Program-made: the position numbers and the translations under genes | Notes under the pieces: generated by a model | Told to the model about the DNA's origin: nothing | The model's input: only the letters and a program-made list of their open reading frames with translations | Databases searched by the model: none | Assembly (NCBI GenBank): GCA_964390575.1 | Contig: CAYMIP010000004.1 | Location: forward strand, 2,262 to 66,261 | Direction: 5' to 3' | Origin: an uncultured Desulfocurvus sp. | GTDB lineage: Bacteria; Desulfobacterota; Desulfovibrionia; Desulfovibrionales; Desulfovibrionaceae | Length of the DNA: 64,000 nucleotides | Shown: in pieces, positions 9,715 to 19,675 of the stretch | Position numbering within the stretch: the stretch's first letter is position 1 | Layout of the letters: every line of letters starts with the position of its first letter

Positions 9715-11385
9715 ATGCCGCGACAGACCCCCTTACGCGAGATCACCCTCGGCCAGATGCTGGACGAGACCGTTGCCCAGTGGCCCAGCCGCGACGCCGT
9801 GGTCTACGTGGACCGCGAGTTCCGCCTCAACTGGCGGCAGTTCTCCGACCTGGTGGACGAGGTCGCCTGCGGACTCATGGCCCTGGGCGTCGAGCGCGGC
9901 GAGAAGGTCGCCCTGTGGGCCAACAACGTGCCCTACTGGGTCGTGCTCCAGTTCGCCACGGCCAGGATCGGCGCGGTGCTCCTGACTGTGAACACCCACT
10001 ACCGCCGCTCGGAGCTGGAATACCTGCTCCGGCAGTCCGAGTGCGAAAACATCTTCCTCATGGACGGCTTCCGCGACATCGACTACGTGGGCACACTCTA
10101 CGACCTGGTGCCGGAGCTGAAGACAAGTGAGCGCGGGCGGCTCAACACCGCGCAGTTCCCGCACTTAAGGCGCGTGCTCTTCCTGGGCGCGGAGAAGCAC
10201 CGCGGCATGTACACCCTGCCCGAGATCCTGTCCCTGGCGGTGATGGTTTCCCCGGAACAGTACCAGGCCCGGCAGGACAGCCTCTCGCCCTTCGACGTGG
10301 TGAACATGCAGTACACCAGCGGCACCACGGGCTTTCCCAAGGGCGTGCAGCTGACCCACTACAACATCGGCAACAACGGCTACTGGATCGGCGAGAACCA
10401 GCGCTTCACCGAGCAGGACCGCCTCTGCCTCACGGTGCCCCTGTTCCACTGCTTCGGCTGCGTGCTGGCCGTGCTGGCCGCGGTCTCCCACGGCACGGCC
10501 ATGGTCATCCTGGAGAACTTCGACCCGGTCCTGGCCATGACCTCGGTGGAGGCCGAGAAGTGCACGGCCATCTACGGCGTGCCCACCATGTTCATCAGTA
10601 TGCTGGAGCACAAGCTCTTCCCCCGCTTCGACCTCAAGAGCTTGCGCACCGGCATCATGGCAGGCTCGCCCTGCCCGGTGGAGTTCATGAAGCGCGCCAT
10701 AGCCGAGATGCACATGCGCGAGATCACCATCTGCTACGGCCTGACCGAAGGCTCTCCGGTGATGTCCCAGACGCGCATCGGCGACGATTTGCGCCAGATG
10801 ACCGAGACCGTGGGCCGCGCCATGCCCGAGATCGAGCTGCGCATCGTCAACCCGGAGACCAACGAGGAGTGCGCGCGCGGCGTGGTGGGCGAGATCTGCT
10901 GCCGGGGCTACAACGTCATGAAGGGCTACTACAACAACCCCGAGGGCACGGCCAAGGCCATCGACATGGACGGCTGGCTGCACTCCGGCGACCTGGGCGT
11001 CATGGACGAGGAGGGCTACCTGGCCGTCACCGGACGCCTGAAGGACATGATCATCCGGGGCGGCGAGAACGTCTACCCGCGCGAAATCGAGGAGTTCCTG
11101 TACCGCCTGGAGGGCATCCTGGACGTGCAGGTGGTGGGCGTGCCCAGCCGCAAGTACGGCGAGGAGGTCGGGGCCTTTGTCATCCTCAAGCCCGAGGTGC
11201 GCATGGAGCCCGAGGATGTGCAGGACTTCTGCCGGGGCCAGATCTCGCGCTACAAGATTCCGAAATACGTGGCCTTCATCGAGGCCTACCCCATGACCGC
11301 CAGCGGCAAGATCCAGAAGTACAAACTGCGCGAGCTGGCGGCGGAGCTGTTCCCCCAGGCCATGCAGGAAGCCCCCAAGGCTTAG
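9715..11385 (+). CDS. AMP-forming acyl-CoA synthetase (FadD-like)
   Basis: 'MQYTSGTTGFPKGV' AMP-binding motif, 'YGLTE', 'GWLHSGDLG' and 'PMTASGKIQK' C-terminal motif. ATG 9715; an alternative GTG at 9706 overlaps the upstream stop. Confidence 0.9.
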   Translation: MPRQTPLREITLGQMLDETVAQWPSRDAVVYVDREFRLNWRQFSDLVDEVACGLMALGVERGEKVALWANNVPYWVVLQFATARIGAVLLTVNTHYRRSELEYLLRQSECENIFLMDGFRDIDYVGTLYDLVPELKTSERGRLNTAQFPHLRRVLFLGAEKHRGMYTLPEILSLAVMVSPEQYQARQDSLSPFDVVNMQYTSGTTGFPKGVQLTHYNIGNNGYWIGENQRFTEQDRLCLTVPLFHCFGCVLAVLAAVSHGTAMVILENFDPVLAMTSVEAEKCTAIYGVPTMFISMLEHKLFPRFDLKSLRTGIMAGSPCPVEFMKRAIAEMHMREITICYGLTEGSPVMSQTRIGDDLRQMTETVGRAMPEIELRIVNPETNEECARGVVGEICCRGYNVMKGYYNNPEGTAKAIDMDGWLHSGDLGVMDEEGYLAVTGRLKDMIIRGGENVYPREIEEFLYRLEGILDVQVVGVPSRKYGEEVGAFVILKPEVRMEPEDVQDFCRGQISRYKIPKYVAFIEAYPMTASGKIQKYKLRELAAELFPQAMQEAPKA

Positions 11386-11398
11386 AAGGAGTATCCCC

Positions 11399-11956
11399 AT
11401 GCAGAGTGAACAGGCTTACAAGGACATCGCCTCGCGCCTGCGCGGCCTGCGCGATGCGCTGGACCTGACCGTGGAGGAGCTGGCCGAGAAGACCGGCGTG
11501 GACGCGGCCCTCGTCCGCACCTACGAGGCTGGCCAGACCGAGATCCCCGTGGGCTTCCTCATGAAGGTGGCCCACTCCTGCCATGTGGACCTGACCGTGC
11601 TCATCAGCGGCCTGGAGCCGCACCTCACCGGCTATTCCCTGGTGCGCCGGGGCGAGGGCCTCAGCGTGGAGCGCCGCAAGGACTACGACTACAAGTCCCT
11701 GGCCTACCGCTTCTCGGGCCGCAAGATGGAGCCCTTCCTGATCACCGTGCCGCCCAAGACCCCGGAGGAGATGACGCTCGTGTCGCACTCCGGCCAGGAG
11801 TTCGTGCACGTGCTGGAGGGCCGGCTGGAGCTGCGCCTGGGCGAGGAAGTCCTGGACCTTTCGCCCGGCGACAGCCTGTACTTCGACTCCCAGACCCCGC
11901 ACGCCCTGCGCGGCCTGGACGGACACCCTGCCGTGTTCCTGGATGTGATCCTCTAA
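11399..11956 (+). CDS. XRE-family HTH plus cupin-domain transcriptional regulator (second copy)
   Basis: 'RLRGLRDALDLTVEELAEKTGVDAALVRTYEAG' is an HTH. 'HSGQEFVHVLEGRLELRLG...PGDSLYFDSQTPH' is a cupin. Confidence 0.85.
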   Translation: MQSEQAYKDIASRLRGLRDALDLTVEELAEKTGVDAALVRTYEAGQTEIPVGFLMKVAHSCHVDLTVLISGLEPHLTGYSLVRRGEGLSVERRKDYDYKSLAYRFSGRKMEPFLITVPPKTPEEMTLVSHSGQEFVHVLEGRLELRLGEEVLDLSPGDSLYFDSQTPHALRGLDGHPAVFLDVIL

Positions 11957-11979
11957 CGCCCCGTGGGAGCTTGAGCGAC

Positions 11980-13640
<1,661 letters not shown>

Positions 13641-13641
<1 letters not shown>

Positions 13642-13690
13642 GAGAAGAGCCTCCGGCGGCCGGGGGGCATGATGCCCCCCGAACCCCCTC
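13641..13690 (+). repeat. REP-like repeat, type 1 (GCCTCCGGCGGCC core plus G6/C6 hairpin)
   Basis: AGAGAAGAGCCTCCGGCGGCC-GGGGGGCAT-G-ATGCCCCCC-GAACCCCCTC. Including the preceding GTA, 23 nt are identical to the copy at 19506. It begins at the last base of the TAA stop. Confidence 0.8.
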
Positions 13691-13740
13691 AGTTCAAGGC
13701 AAAGCGCCGGAAACCCCCGCGCTTTCCCTGACTCACCAAA

Positions 13741-13785
13741 GCCGAAAGGGCTGGCTCAGGTTCCTCCTGAGCCAGCCCTTTCGGC
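13741..13785 (+). terminator. Perfect 20-bp stem hairpin (putative terminator or element core)
   Basis: GCCGAAAGGGCTGGCTCAGG-TTCCT-CCTGAGCCAGCCCTTTCGGC, followed by GTATTGT. It lies between the two inverted type-1 repeats. Confidence 0.5.
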
Positions 13786-13791
13786 GTATTG

Positions 13792-13863
13792 TGGGGGTCT
13801 GGGGGGCTTCAAGCCCCCCGGTGGGGTCCCAGGGGCAGCGCCCCTGGCCGCCGGAGGCTCTCA
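13792..13863 (-). repeat. REP-like repeat, type 1, inverted orientation
   Basis: Reverse complement reads GAGAGCCTCCGGCGGCC-AGGGGCGCTGCCCCTG-...-GGGGGGCTT-G-AAGCCCCCC-AGACCCCCAC. Same core, G6/C6 hairpin and AGACCCCC tail as the copy at 19510. Confidence 0.8.
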
Positions 13864-13908
13864 GCCCCAGGCATGACAAGCGCGGCGTGATGCGGTAGGG
13901 ATCGGCGC

Positions 13909-15114
13909 ATGGGTGTTCCGATCAAGGTTATGCACGTCATCACCGGCCTGAACCTGGGCGGTGCCGAGACCTGGCTCACGCGGCTGCTGTCGCGTCTGCC
14001 TGCGGACCGCTTCGAGTGCCAGGTGGTGAGCCTGCTGGACGGCGGCGTGCTGGCCGGGGCCATCCGTTCCCTGGGCGTGCCGGTGCACAGCCTGGGCCTG
14101 GGCCGGGGCGTGGCTGATCCGCGCGGGCTGTGGCGGCTGGCGCGCCTGCTGCGGGAGTTCCGGCCCCAGGTGGTGCAGACCTGGCTGTACCATGCCGACC
14201 TGCTCGGCCTGCTGGCGACGCGCTTGTCCGGCTCTCGCGCGGCGGTGAGCTGGGGCCTGCGCTGCGCGTACATGGACTTGCCCCGCTACGGCCTGGGCAC
14301 GCGGCTGACCCTCAATGCCTGCGCGGCGCTCTCGCGCTGGCCCGAGGCCGTGACGGCCAATTCCCAGGCCGGGGCAGCGCACCATGTGGCCCTGGGCTAC
14401 CGGCCCAGGCGGCTGGTGGTGCTGGAGAACGGCGTGGACGGCGAGCGCTTCCGGCCCGATGCCGAGGCCCGCGCGCGGCTGCGCCGGGACTGGGGCGTGG
14501 CCCAGGATGCGCCGCTCATCGGGCTGGTGGCGCGCATGGACCCCATGAAGGGCCACGCGGTGTTCTGCCAGGCTGCGGAAGTGGTGCTGCGCAAGCGCCC
14601 ACAGGCGCGGTTCGTGTTCTGCGGCGAAGGAACGGAGCAGGGCGGCGCGGAACTGGACGCCTTGGTGGAGCGCCACGGCCTCACGAGCGCTGCGCTGCGT
14701 TTGGGTCGGCGCGAGGACGTGGCCCAGGTCTCTGCGGCCCTGGATGTTCTGGCCCTGCCGTCCCTGGGCGAGGGCTTTCCCAATGCGGTGCTGGAGGCGC
14801 TCTCCTGCGGGGTGCCCTGCGCCTGCCTGGACGCGGGCGATGCGCGGGTCATGTGCGGGCCGGGCGGCCTGGTGGCCCCGGCCGCGCTGTCCGGGCCGGG
14901 CGCGCCAGAGGCGGAGCGGGCGGGGTTCCTGGCGGGCGCGCTGGATGAGCTTTTGGGCCTGACCCCGGCGCAGCGGGCAGGCATGGGCGCGCTGGGCCGG
15001 GCGCACGTGCTGGAGCGCTATGGCCTGGACCGGGCAGTGGAGCGCTGGGCAGCGCACTTCGAATCCCTGGCCAGCGGCCTGCGACAGCCTACCGATAGCC
15101 ACAAAATAAATTGA
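13909..15114 (+). CDS. Glycosyltransferase, GT4/group 1 family
   Basis: 'KVMHVITGLNLGGAETWLTRLL' N-terminus. 'PSLGEGFPNAVLEALSCGVPC' is the E-x7-E GT1 motif region. Confidence 0.85.
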   Translation: MGVPIKVMHVITGLNLGGAETWLTRLLSRLPADRFECQVVSLLDGGVLAGAIRSLGVPVHSLGLGRGVADPRGLWRLARLLREFRPQVVQTWLYHADLLGLLATRLSGSRAAVSWGLRCAYMDLPRYGLGTRLTLNACAALSRWPEAVTANSQAGAAHHVALGYRPRRLVVLENGVDGERFRPDAEARARLRRDWGVAQDAPLIGLVARMDPMKGHAVFCQAAEVVLRKRPQARFVFCGEGTEQGGAELDALVERHGLTSAALRLGRREDVAQVSAALDVLALPSLGEGFPNAVLEALSCGVPCACLDAGDARVMCGPGGLVAPAALSGPGAPEAERAGFLAGALDELLGLTPAQRAGMGALGRAHVLERYGLDRAVERWAAHFESLASGLRQPTDSHKIN

Positions 15115-15156
15115 ATTTATGAAGCTTTTGGGTGTCGGCAAGTTGCCGATGCCGGG

Positions 15157-15864
15157 CTATTTGGACGGGACGGGCAGGGGCTTGAAGCGGTAGCCCACCC
15201 CGCGCACGGTCTCGACCCAGTCCGCATAGGGGCCGAGCTTGCCGCGCAGGCGGCGCATGTGCGTGTCCACGGTGCGCGAGGTGCCGTCAAAGTCCGTGTC
15301 CCAGACCGTGTCCAGCAGCCGTTCGCGCTGCAACACCCGGCCCCTGGCCCGCACCAGCTCCCGCAGGATCTTCTGCTCCGTGGAGGTCAGGGCCACGGGC
15401 AGGCCGTCCACGTGCACGCTGTGCGCCGCAAAGTCGATTGCCAGGCCGCCCTCGCAAAAGCCGTCTGCGGGCTCCTGGGCGCTGGTCCCGGCGCGGCGCA
15501 GCACGGCCTTGATGCGCAGCAGGAGCTCGCGCGGGCTGAAGGGCTTGGCCATGTAGTCCTCGGCCCCCAGCTCCAGGCCCACGATGCGGTCCACCTCATC
15601 GCCCAGGGCGGTGAGCATGATCACCGGCACCGCGCGGGTGCGCTCGTCCTGCTTGAGCCTGCGGCAGATCTCCAGGCCGTCCAGGCCGCCGGGCAGCATC
15701 ACGTCCAGTAGGATCAGGTCCGGCCGGACCCGGGTGGCCAGCTCCAGGGCCTTGACGCCGTCCCCTGCCAGGCGCACGGCGTAGCCCGCGTTCTTGAGGT
15801 TGTAGGACAAAAGCTCCCTGGTCTCCAGGTTGTCCTCCACCACAAGGATGTTCTTCTGGGTCAT
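15157..15864 (-). CDS. OmpR/PhoB-family response regulator (PhoB-like), no adjacent kinase
   Basis: 'ILVVEDN...PDLILLDVMLPGGLDG...MLTALGDEVDRIVGLELGAEDYMAKPFSPRELLLRIKAVLRR' plus winged-helix 'RTVDTHMRRLRGKL...VETVRGVGYRF'. Close by eye to E. coli PhoB. AGGGAG SD. Confidence 0.88.
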   Translation of the reverse strand: MTQKNILVVEDNLETRELLSYNLKNAGYAVRLAGDGVKALELATRVRPDLILLDVMLPGGLDGLEICRRLKQDERTRAVPVIMLTALGDEVDRIVGLELGAEDYMAKPFSPRELLLRIKAVLRRAGTSAQEPADGFCEGGLAIDFAAHSVHVDGLPVALTSTEQKILRELVRARGRVLQRERLLDTVWDTDFDGTSRTVDTHMRRLRGKLGPYADWVETVRGVGYRFKPLPVPSK

Positions 15865-16013
15865 GGCCGCGCTCCCTGTCTGGACTTTCGCTCACGGTGT
15901 AAAGTCCCGGCCTAGCCTGGCCGATACTTGTAGCATGGGCGGAGGATAGCAGCGCCACCCGGTCGCGGCAAGGGCCGGGTGCGGCCGCCCAGGCTACATC
16001 ATGCGGAGGGAGC

Positions 16014-16232
16014 ATGTATTACCACGGATTCGACAAAAAATTCCCCTCCGGCAAGAACCCCTGGACCCACTGCGACGACCAACTGGTGGGTCTGCTCTTT
16101 TCCAAGATCATCACCCGCACGGCCCGTATCGAGGCCAACGGCGTGATCGATTCCCCGGCCCTGGCCGACGAGATGGCCCACAATCTCTTCGACCTCATGC
16201 TCTACATTAACAAAGACTTCCATTCCTGCTAG
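16014..16232 (+). CDS. Small hypothetical protein (72 aa)
   Basis: Strong SD (GGAGGGAG) 5 nt before the ATG. Non-biased composition (K, N, D, F, H, Y rich), unlike the overlapping Arg/Pro/Gly-rich frames. No motif recognised. Confidence 0.6.
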   Translation: MYYHGFDKKFPSGKNPWTHCDDQLVGLLFSKIITRTARIEANGVIDSPALADEMAHNLFDLMLYINKDFHSC

Positions 16233-16315
16233 GACGCAAGCGTCTCCCTGTCGATGACGCGTGCGTCTCTTGTTGAAGACGCAAGCGTCTCCTGTTGGGA
16301 ACGCTGGCGTCTCCG
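16233..16315. repeat. Array of four GACGC-N2-GCGTCTC(C/T) palindromic units at about 22-bp spacing
   Basis: Units start at 16234 (GACGCAAGCGTCTCC), 16257 (GACGCGTGCGTCTCT), 16278 (GACGCAAGCGTCTCC) and 16300 (AACGCTGGCGTCTCC). The array fills the 84-bp gap between two convergent stop codons. Confidence 0.85.
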
Positions 16316-16316
16316 G

Positions 16317-16865
16317 TCAGGCCACAGCCTGGAGCATGGGCCCAGGGCAGGCGAAGTTCCTGGCGCAGGCCAGATAGGCCTGGGTGGCCTGGCGCATGGC
16401 CTGGCGCAGGGAGCGCTCGGTGCGCGCCTGCCCAGCCTGCCCGGTCTGAGCTGCCTGACTGTTCTCCCCCACCCCCTCTGCCCGCGCGCTGGACGCTCCG
16501 GCCTGTGCTGAGTCGGCCTGTGCTGGGGTCTGTCCGGCGGCATCGGCCCGGACCTGGCTGCGGGCCGCCCTGGCCTTCTGGCCCTCGGCCTGGGCCTGTT
16601 GCTGTGCGGCCTGCCACAGGGCCTGCTGGCGGGCTGCCTCCAGGTCCAGGGGAAACGAGCCCGGCGCGGTCTGGGACTCGGCGCGGGGTTGGGTCTCCAC
16701 GGCGGGAGCGGGGTCCACCGGGGGAGATTCCGGGTCCCAGAGCAGACGGTCCGTGGAATAGGTCAGGCCAAAGGCGCCCATGCGCAGCGACACCCGGCGC
16801 GAATGCAGCAGGGGCCGGGCAGCGGCGAAAGGGGAAGCGGACGCTGAACGGATGGGCTCGGACAT
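16317..16865 (-). CDS. Hypothetical Gln/Ala-rich low-complexity protein (182 aa)
   Basis: Internal ATG 16865 of the 602-aa track ORF has GGAG 9 nt upstream. 'MSEPIRSASASPF...QQALWQAAQQQAQAEGQKA...' is the most protein-like of the overlapping frames. No family recognised, so coding status is uncertain. Confidence 0.4.
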   Translation of the reverse strand: MSEPIRSASASPFAAARPLLHSRRVSLRMGAFGLTYSTDRLLWDPESPPVDPAPAVETQPRAESQTAPGSFPLDLEAARQQALWQAAQQQAQAEGQKARAARSQVRADAAGQTPAQADSAQAGASSARAEGVGENSQAAQTGQAGQARTERSLRQAMRQATQAYLACARNFACPGPMLQAVA

Positions 16866-17180
16866 GGCCGACTCCGGGGTTGCCCGGGCTTCGGTCCGCC
16901 AAAAAAAGACCGGAAGCCGCGAGTTCCGCCCTCCGGTCCGCTGCCGAGATCTTCGGCCAGCGGCCCCCTGTCCAGGGGTGCCCGGTGGGCTCCATGCGTC
17001 TTCCGTCCGTGGAAGCCGGGGCGCGGGCCGCTCCACGCGGGAGCTGGCAGGCGCGCCATGAACGGACTGTAACCATACCCCGTCTGCTTGGCAAGTCCCT
17101 GGACGGAAAGAGCCTACGTCTTGCAATCGCGCAGGTGACGGGATACACGCAGCGGAACCCCAAACCTCCGGAAGGTGCCC

Positions 17181-18032
17181 ATGAGCTACAGGATTTTGCA
17201 GAAGAAAATACTCATACCAGGGCAGACCACCCTGCTTGTCATCGATGCGCCGCACGTGGCCCAGAAGGCCAGGCCCGGAAATTTCGTCATCCTGCGGACC
17301 AGCGAGAAGGGCGAGCGCATCCCGCTGACCATCGCCGACTGCGACGCCAAGGCCGGAACCGTGACCATCGTGTTCCTGGTGGTGGGCAAGAGCACTGCGG
17401 AGCTGAACACCATCGAGGAGGGCCAGAGCATTCCCGACTTCTGCGGCCCGCTGGGCAGGCCCACGCACATCGAGCGCCAGGGCACGGTGATCTGCGTGGG
17501 CGGCGGCACGGGCGTCGCCGCCATGCACCACATCGCCAAGGGCCACGCGCAGGCGGGCAACCACGTGGTGGCCGTCATCGGCGCGCGCAACAAAGACCTG
17601 CTCCTGTTCTGCTCCGAGCTCGGCGCCTTCTGCCCCGAGGTCCTGGTGGCCACGGACGACGGCAGCCAGGGTCACAAGGGCTTTGTCACCGAGGTGTTGA
17701 AACAGCGCCTGGAAGAGGACAAGAGCGTGTCCGAGGTCATCGCCATCGGACCCGTGCCCATGATGGAGGCCGTGGCCAAGGTCACCCTGCCCTTTGGCGT
17801 CAAGACCACGGTGAGCCTGAACTCCATCATGGTCGACGGCATCGGCATGTGCGGCGCCTGCCGCTGCACCGTGGGCGGGGAGACGAAGTTCGCCTGCGTG
17901 GACGGCCCGGAGTTCGACGGCCACAAGGTGGACTTCGGCGAGCTGCGCCTGCGTCTGGGCCAGTTCCGGCCCGAGGAGCAGCAGTCCATGAAGCTGTTCC
18001 AGGAAAAATGCCAGTGCGCGGAGGGCAAGTAG
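17181..18032 (+). CDS. nfnA: NfnA/SudB-type FAD/[2Fe-2S] electron-transfer subunit (ferredoxin-NADP reductase-like)
   Basis: 'PGNFVILR...GERIPLTIAD', 'VCVGGGTGVA' and C-terminal 'MVDGIGMCGACRC...KFACVDGPEF' 2Fe-2S motif. Immediately followed by the large subunit gene. Confidence 0.85.
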   Translation: MSYRILQKKILIPGQTTLLVIDAPHVAQKARPGNFVILRTSEKGERIPLTIADCDAKAGTVTIVFLVVGKSTAELNTIEEGQSIPDFCGPLGRPTHIERQGTVICVGGGTGVAAMHHIAKGHAQAGNHVVAVIGARNKDLLLFCSELGAFCPEVLVATDDGSQGHKGFVTEVLKQRLEEDKSVSEVIAIGPVPMMEAVAKVTLPFGVKTTVSLNSIMVDGIGMCGACRCTVGGETKFACVDGPEFDGHKVDFGELRLRLGQFRPEEQQSMKLFQEKCQCAEGK

Positions 18033-18033
18033 C

Positions 18034-19509
18034 ATGAGCGCCAAGCCGATGGACACGACGCCCAAAAAGCCCGCGAAGCGGGTTCCGCGCACTGAAATGC
18101 CCACGCAGCCGCCCATGCTGCGCATCCAGAACTACCTGGAGGTCGCCCTGGGATACACCGAGGCCGAGGCCAAGGCCGAGGCCGGGCGCTGCATCCAGTG
18201 CAAGAAGCCCACCTGCCGCCAGGGCTGCCCGGTGGAGATCGACATCAAGGGCTTCATCGGCCAGCTCCAGAAGAATGATCTGCCCGGCGCGTACAAGGTT
18301 CTGCGCGACTACAATTCCCTGCCCGCTGTCTGCGGCCGGGTGTGCCCGCAGGAGACCCAGTGCGAGGGTGAGTGCATCCTGGGCAAGAATCCGGCCAAGA
18401 CCGGCGGCCCGGTCTGCATCGGACGCCTGGAGCGCTATGTGGCCGACACCTTTGCCGCGCGCCTGGCCGCAGGCGACTCCGCCTGCATCCAGCTCACCGG
18501 CGAGGCCGCCTGCCGCATGGAGCGGCCCGATGTGCGCGTCGCCTGCATTGGCGGCGGGCCTTCCAGCCTCACCGTGGCGGGCTATCTGGCCGCCCTCGGC
18601 ATCAAGGTCACGGTGTTCGAGGCCCTGCACGAGGTCGGCGGGGTGCTCGTCTACGGCATTCCCGAATTCCGCCTGCCCAAGGCCATCGTGCGCCGCGAGA
18701 TCGACGCCATGAAGGAGCTGGGCGTGGAGTTCAAGACCAACTGGGTCGGCGGCAAGGCCATCATGGTCCAGGAACTGCTCGACCAGGGCTACAAGGCCGT
18801 GTTCCTGGGCGTGGGCGCGGGCCTGCCCCAGTTCATGAACGTGCCCGGGGAGAACAACATCGGCGTGTTCTCGGCCAACGAGTACCTGACCCGCGTGAAC
18901 CTGGGCCGGGCCTACGACTTCCCGAACTTCGACACGCCCATCTTCAAGGCCGACAACGTGGCTGTCATCGGCGGCGGCAACGTGGCCATGGACGCCGCGC
19001 GCACGGCCCTGCGCCTGGGCGCCAAGAACGTCTACATCGTCTACCGCCGCACCAAGGACGAGATGCCCGCCCGGCACGAGGAGCTGGAGCACGCCATTGA
19101 AGAGGGCGTGCAGCTCAAGTGCCTGTGCGGGCCGCTGGAGTTCAAGGGCGACGAGAACAAGCGCCTCAAGTCCATCCGCCTCCAGAAGATGTGCCTGGGC
19201 GAGCCCGACGCCTCGGGCCGCTGCCGGCCGCTGCCCATCGAGGGCGGCACCGACGAACTCGAAGTCGGCCTGGCCATCATCGCCGTGGGCACGCGGCCCA
19301 ACCCCATCCTGCTGGAGGCCACGCCAGGCCTGAAGCTGAACAAGCGCGGCTACATCGAGGCCGACCCCGAGACCGGCGAGACGAGCATCTTCGGCGTCTT
19401 CGCGGGCGGCGACATCGTCACCGGCGCGGCCACGGTCATCAGCGCCATGGGCGCGGGCCGCCGCGCGGCCAAGGAGATCGCGCGCAGGCTCCTGGGAGGC
19501 GAGGCGTAA
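18034..19509 (+). CDS. nfnB: NfnB/SudA-type subunit (glutamate synthase small-chain-like, 2x[4Fe-4S] + FAD/NADPH)
   Basis: 'RCIQCKKPTCRQGCPVEIDI', 'CGRVCPQETQCEGECILG', two dinucleotide folds 'VACIGGGPSSL' and 'VAVIGGGNVAMD', and 'VFAGGD'. Confidence 0.88.
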   Translation: MSAKPMDTTPKKPAKRVPRTEMPTQPPMLRIQNYLEVALGYTEAEAKAEAGRCIQCKKPTCRQGCPVEIDIKGFIGQLQKNDLPGAYKVLRDYNSLPAVCGRVCPQETQCEGECILGKNPAKTGGPVCIGRLERYVADTFAARLAAGDSACIQLTGEAACRMERPDVRVACIGGGPSSLTVAGYLAALGIKVTVFEALHEVGGVLVYGIPEFRLPKAIVRREIDAMKELGVEFKTNWVGGKAIMVQELLDQGYKAVFLGVGAGLPQFMNVPGENNIGVFSANEYLTRVNLGRAYDFPNFDTPIFKADNVAVIGGGNVAMDAARTALRLGAKNVYIVYRRTKDEMPARHEELEHAIEEGVQLKCLCGPLEFKGDENKRLKSIRLQKMCLGEPDASGRCRPLPIEGGTDELEVGLAIIAVGTRPNPILLEATPGLKLNKRGYIEADPETGETSIFGVFAGGDIVTGAATVISAMGAGRRAAKEIARRLLGGEA

Positions 19510-19558
19510 GAGAAGAGCCTCCGGCGGCTGGGGGGCTTCAGGCCCCCCAGACCCCCCC
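19510..19558 (+). repeat. REP-like repeat, type 1
   Basis: GAGAAGAGCCTCCGGCGGCT-GGGGGGC-TTCAG-GCCCCCC-AGACCCCCCC. Starts directly after the TAA stop of nfnB. Confidence 0.8.
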
Positions 19559-19562
19559 ATCA

Positions 19563-19610
19563 CGCGAAGGGCTCCTTCCGGCGCAAAGCCGCCGGAAGGA
19601 GCCCTTCGCG
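19563..19610. terminator. Perfect 21-bp stem hairpin between convergent genes
   Basis: CGCGAAGGGCTCCTTCCGGCG-CAAAGC-CGCCGGAAGGAGCCCTTCGCG, followed by TTGGTG. Lies between nfnB (+) and the REC-kinase gene (-). Confidence 0.55.
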
Positions 19611-19675
19611 TTGGTGCGTCACGGGAGAGCAGACGGAAAGGCAGGATAGAGGCACGCGGCCTGGCCGCGCCGGAG

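Noticed and set aside
16233-16315. Could the GACGC repeat array be a mini-CRISPR?
   Set aside because: The units are only about 15 nt with 6-8-nt spacers, there are only four copies, and there are no cas genes. The geometry fits protein-binding palindromes, not CRISPR.
16295-18125. 580-aa (+) and 602-aa (-) ORFs spanning the nfnA upstream region and nfnA itself.
   Set aside because: They run out of frame or antisense through nfnA and are Pro/Arg/Gly-rich. Only the 3'-terminal 182 codons of the minus ORF (16317-16865), which have their own SD, look protein-like.
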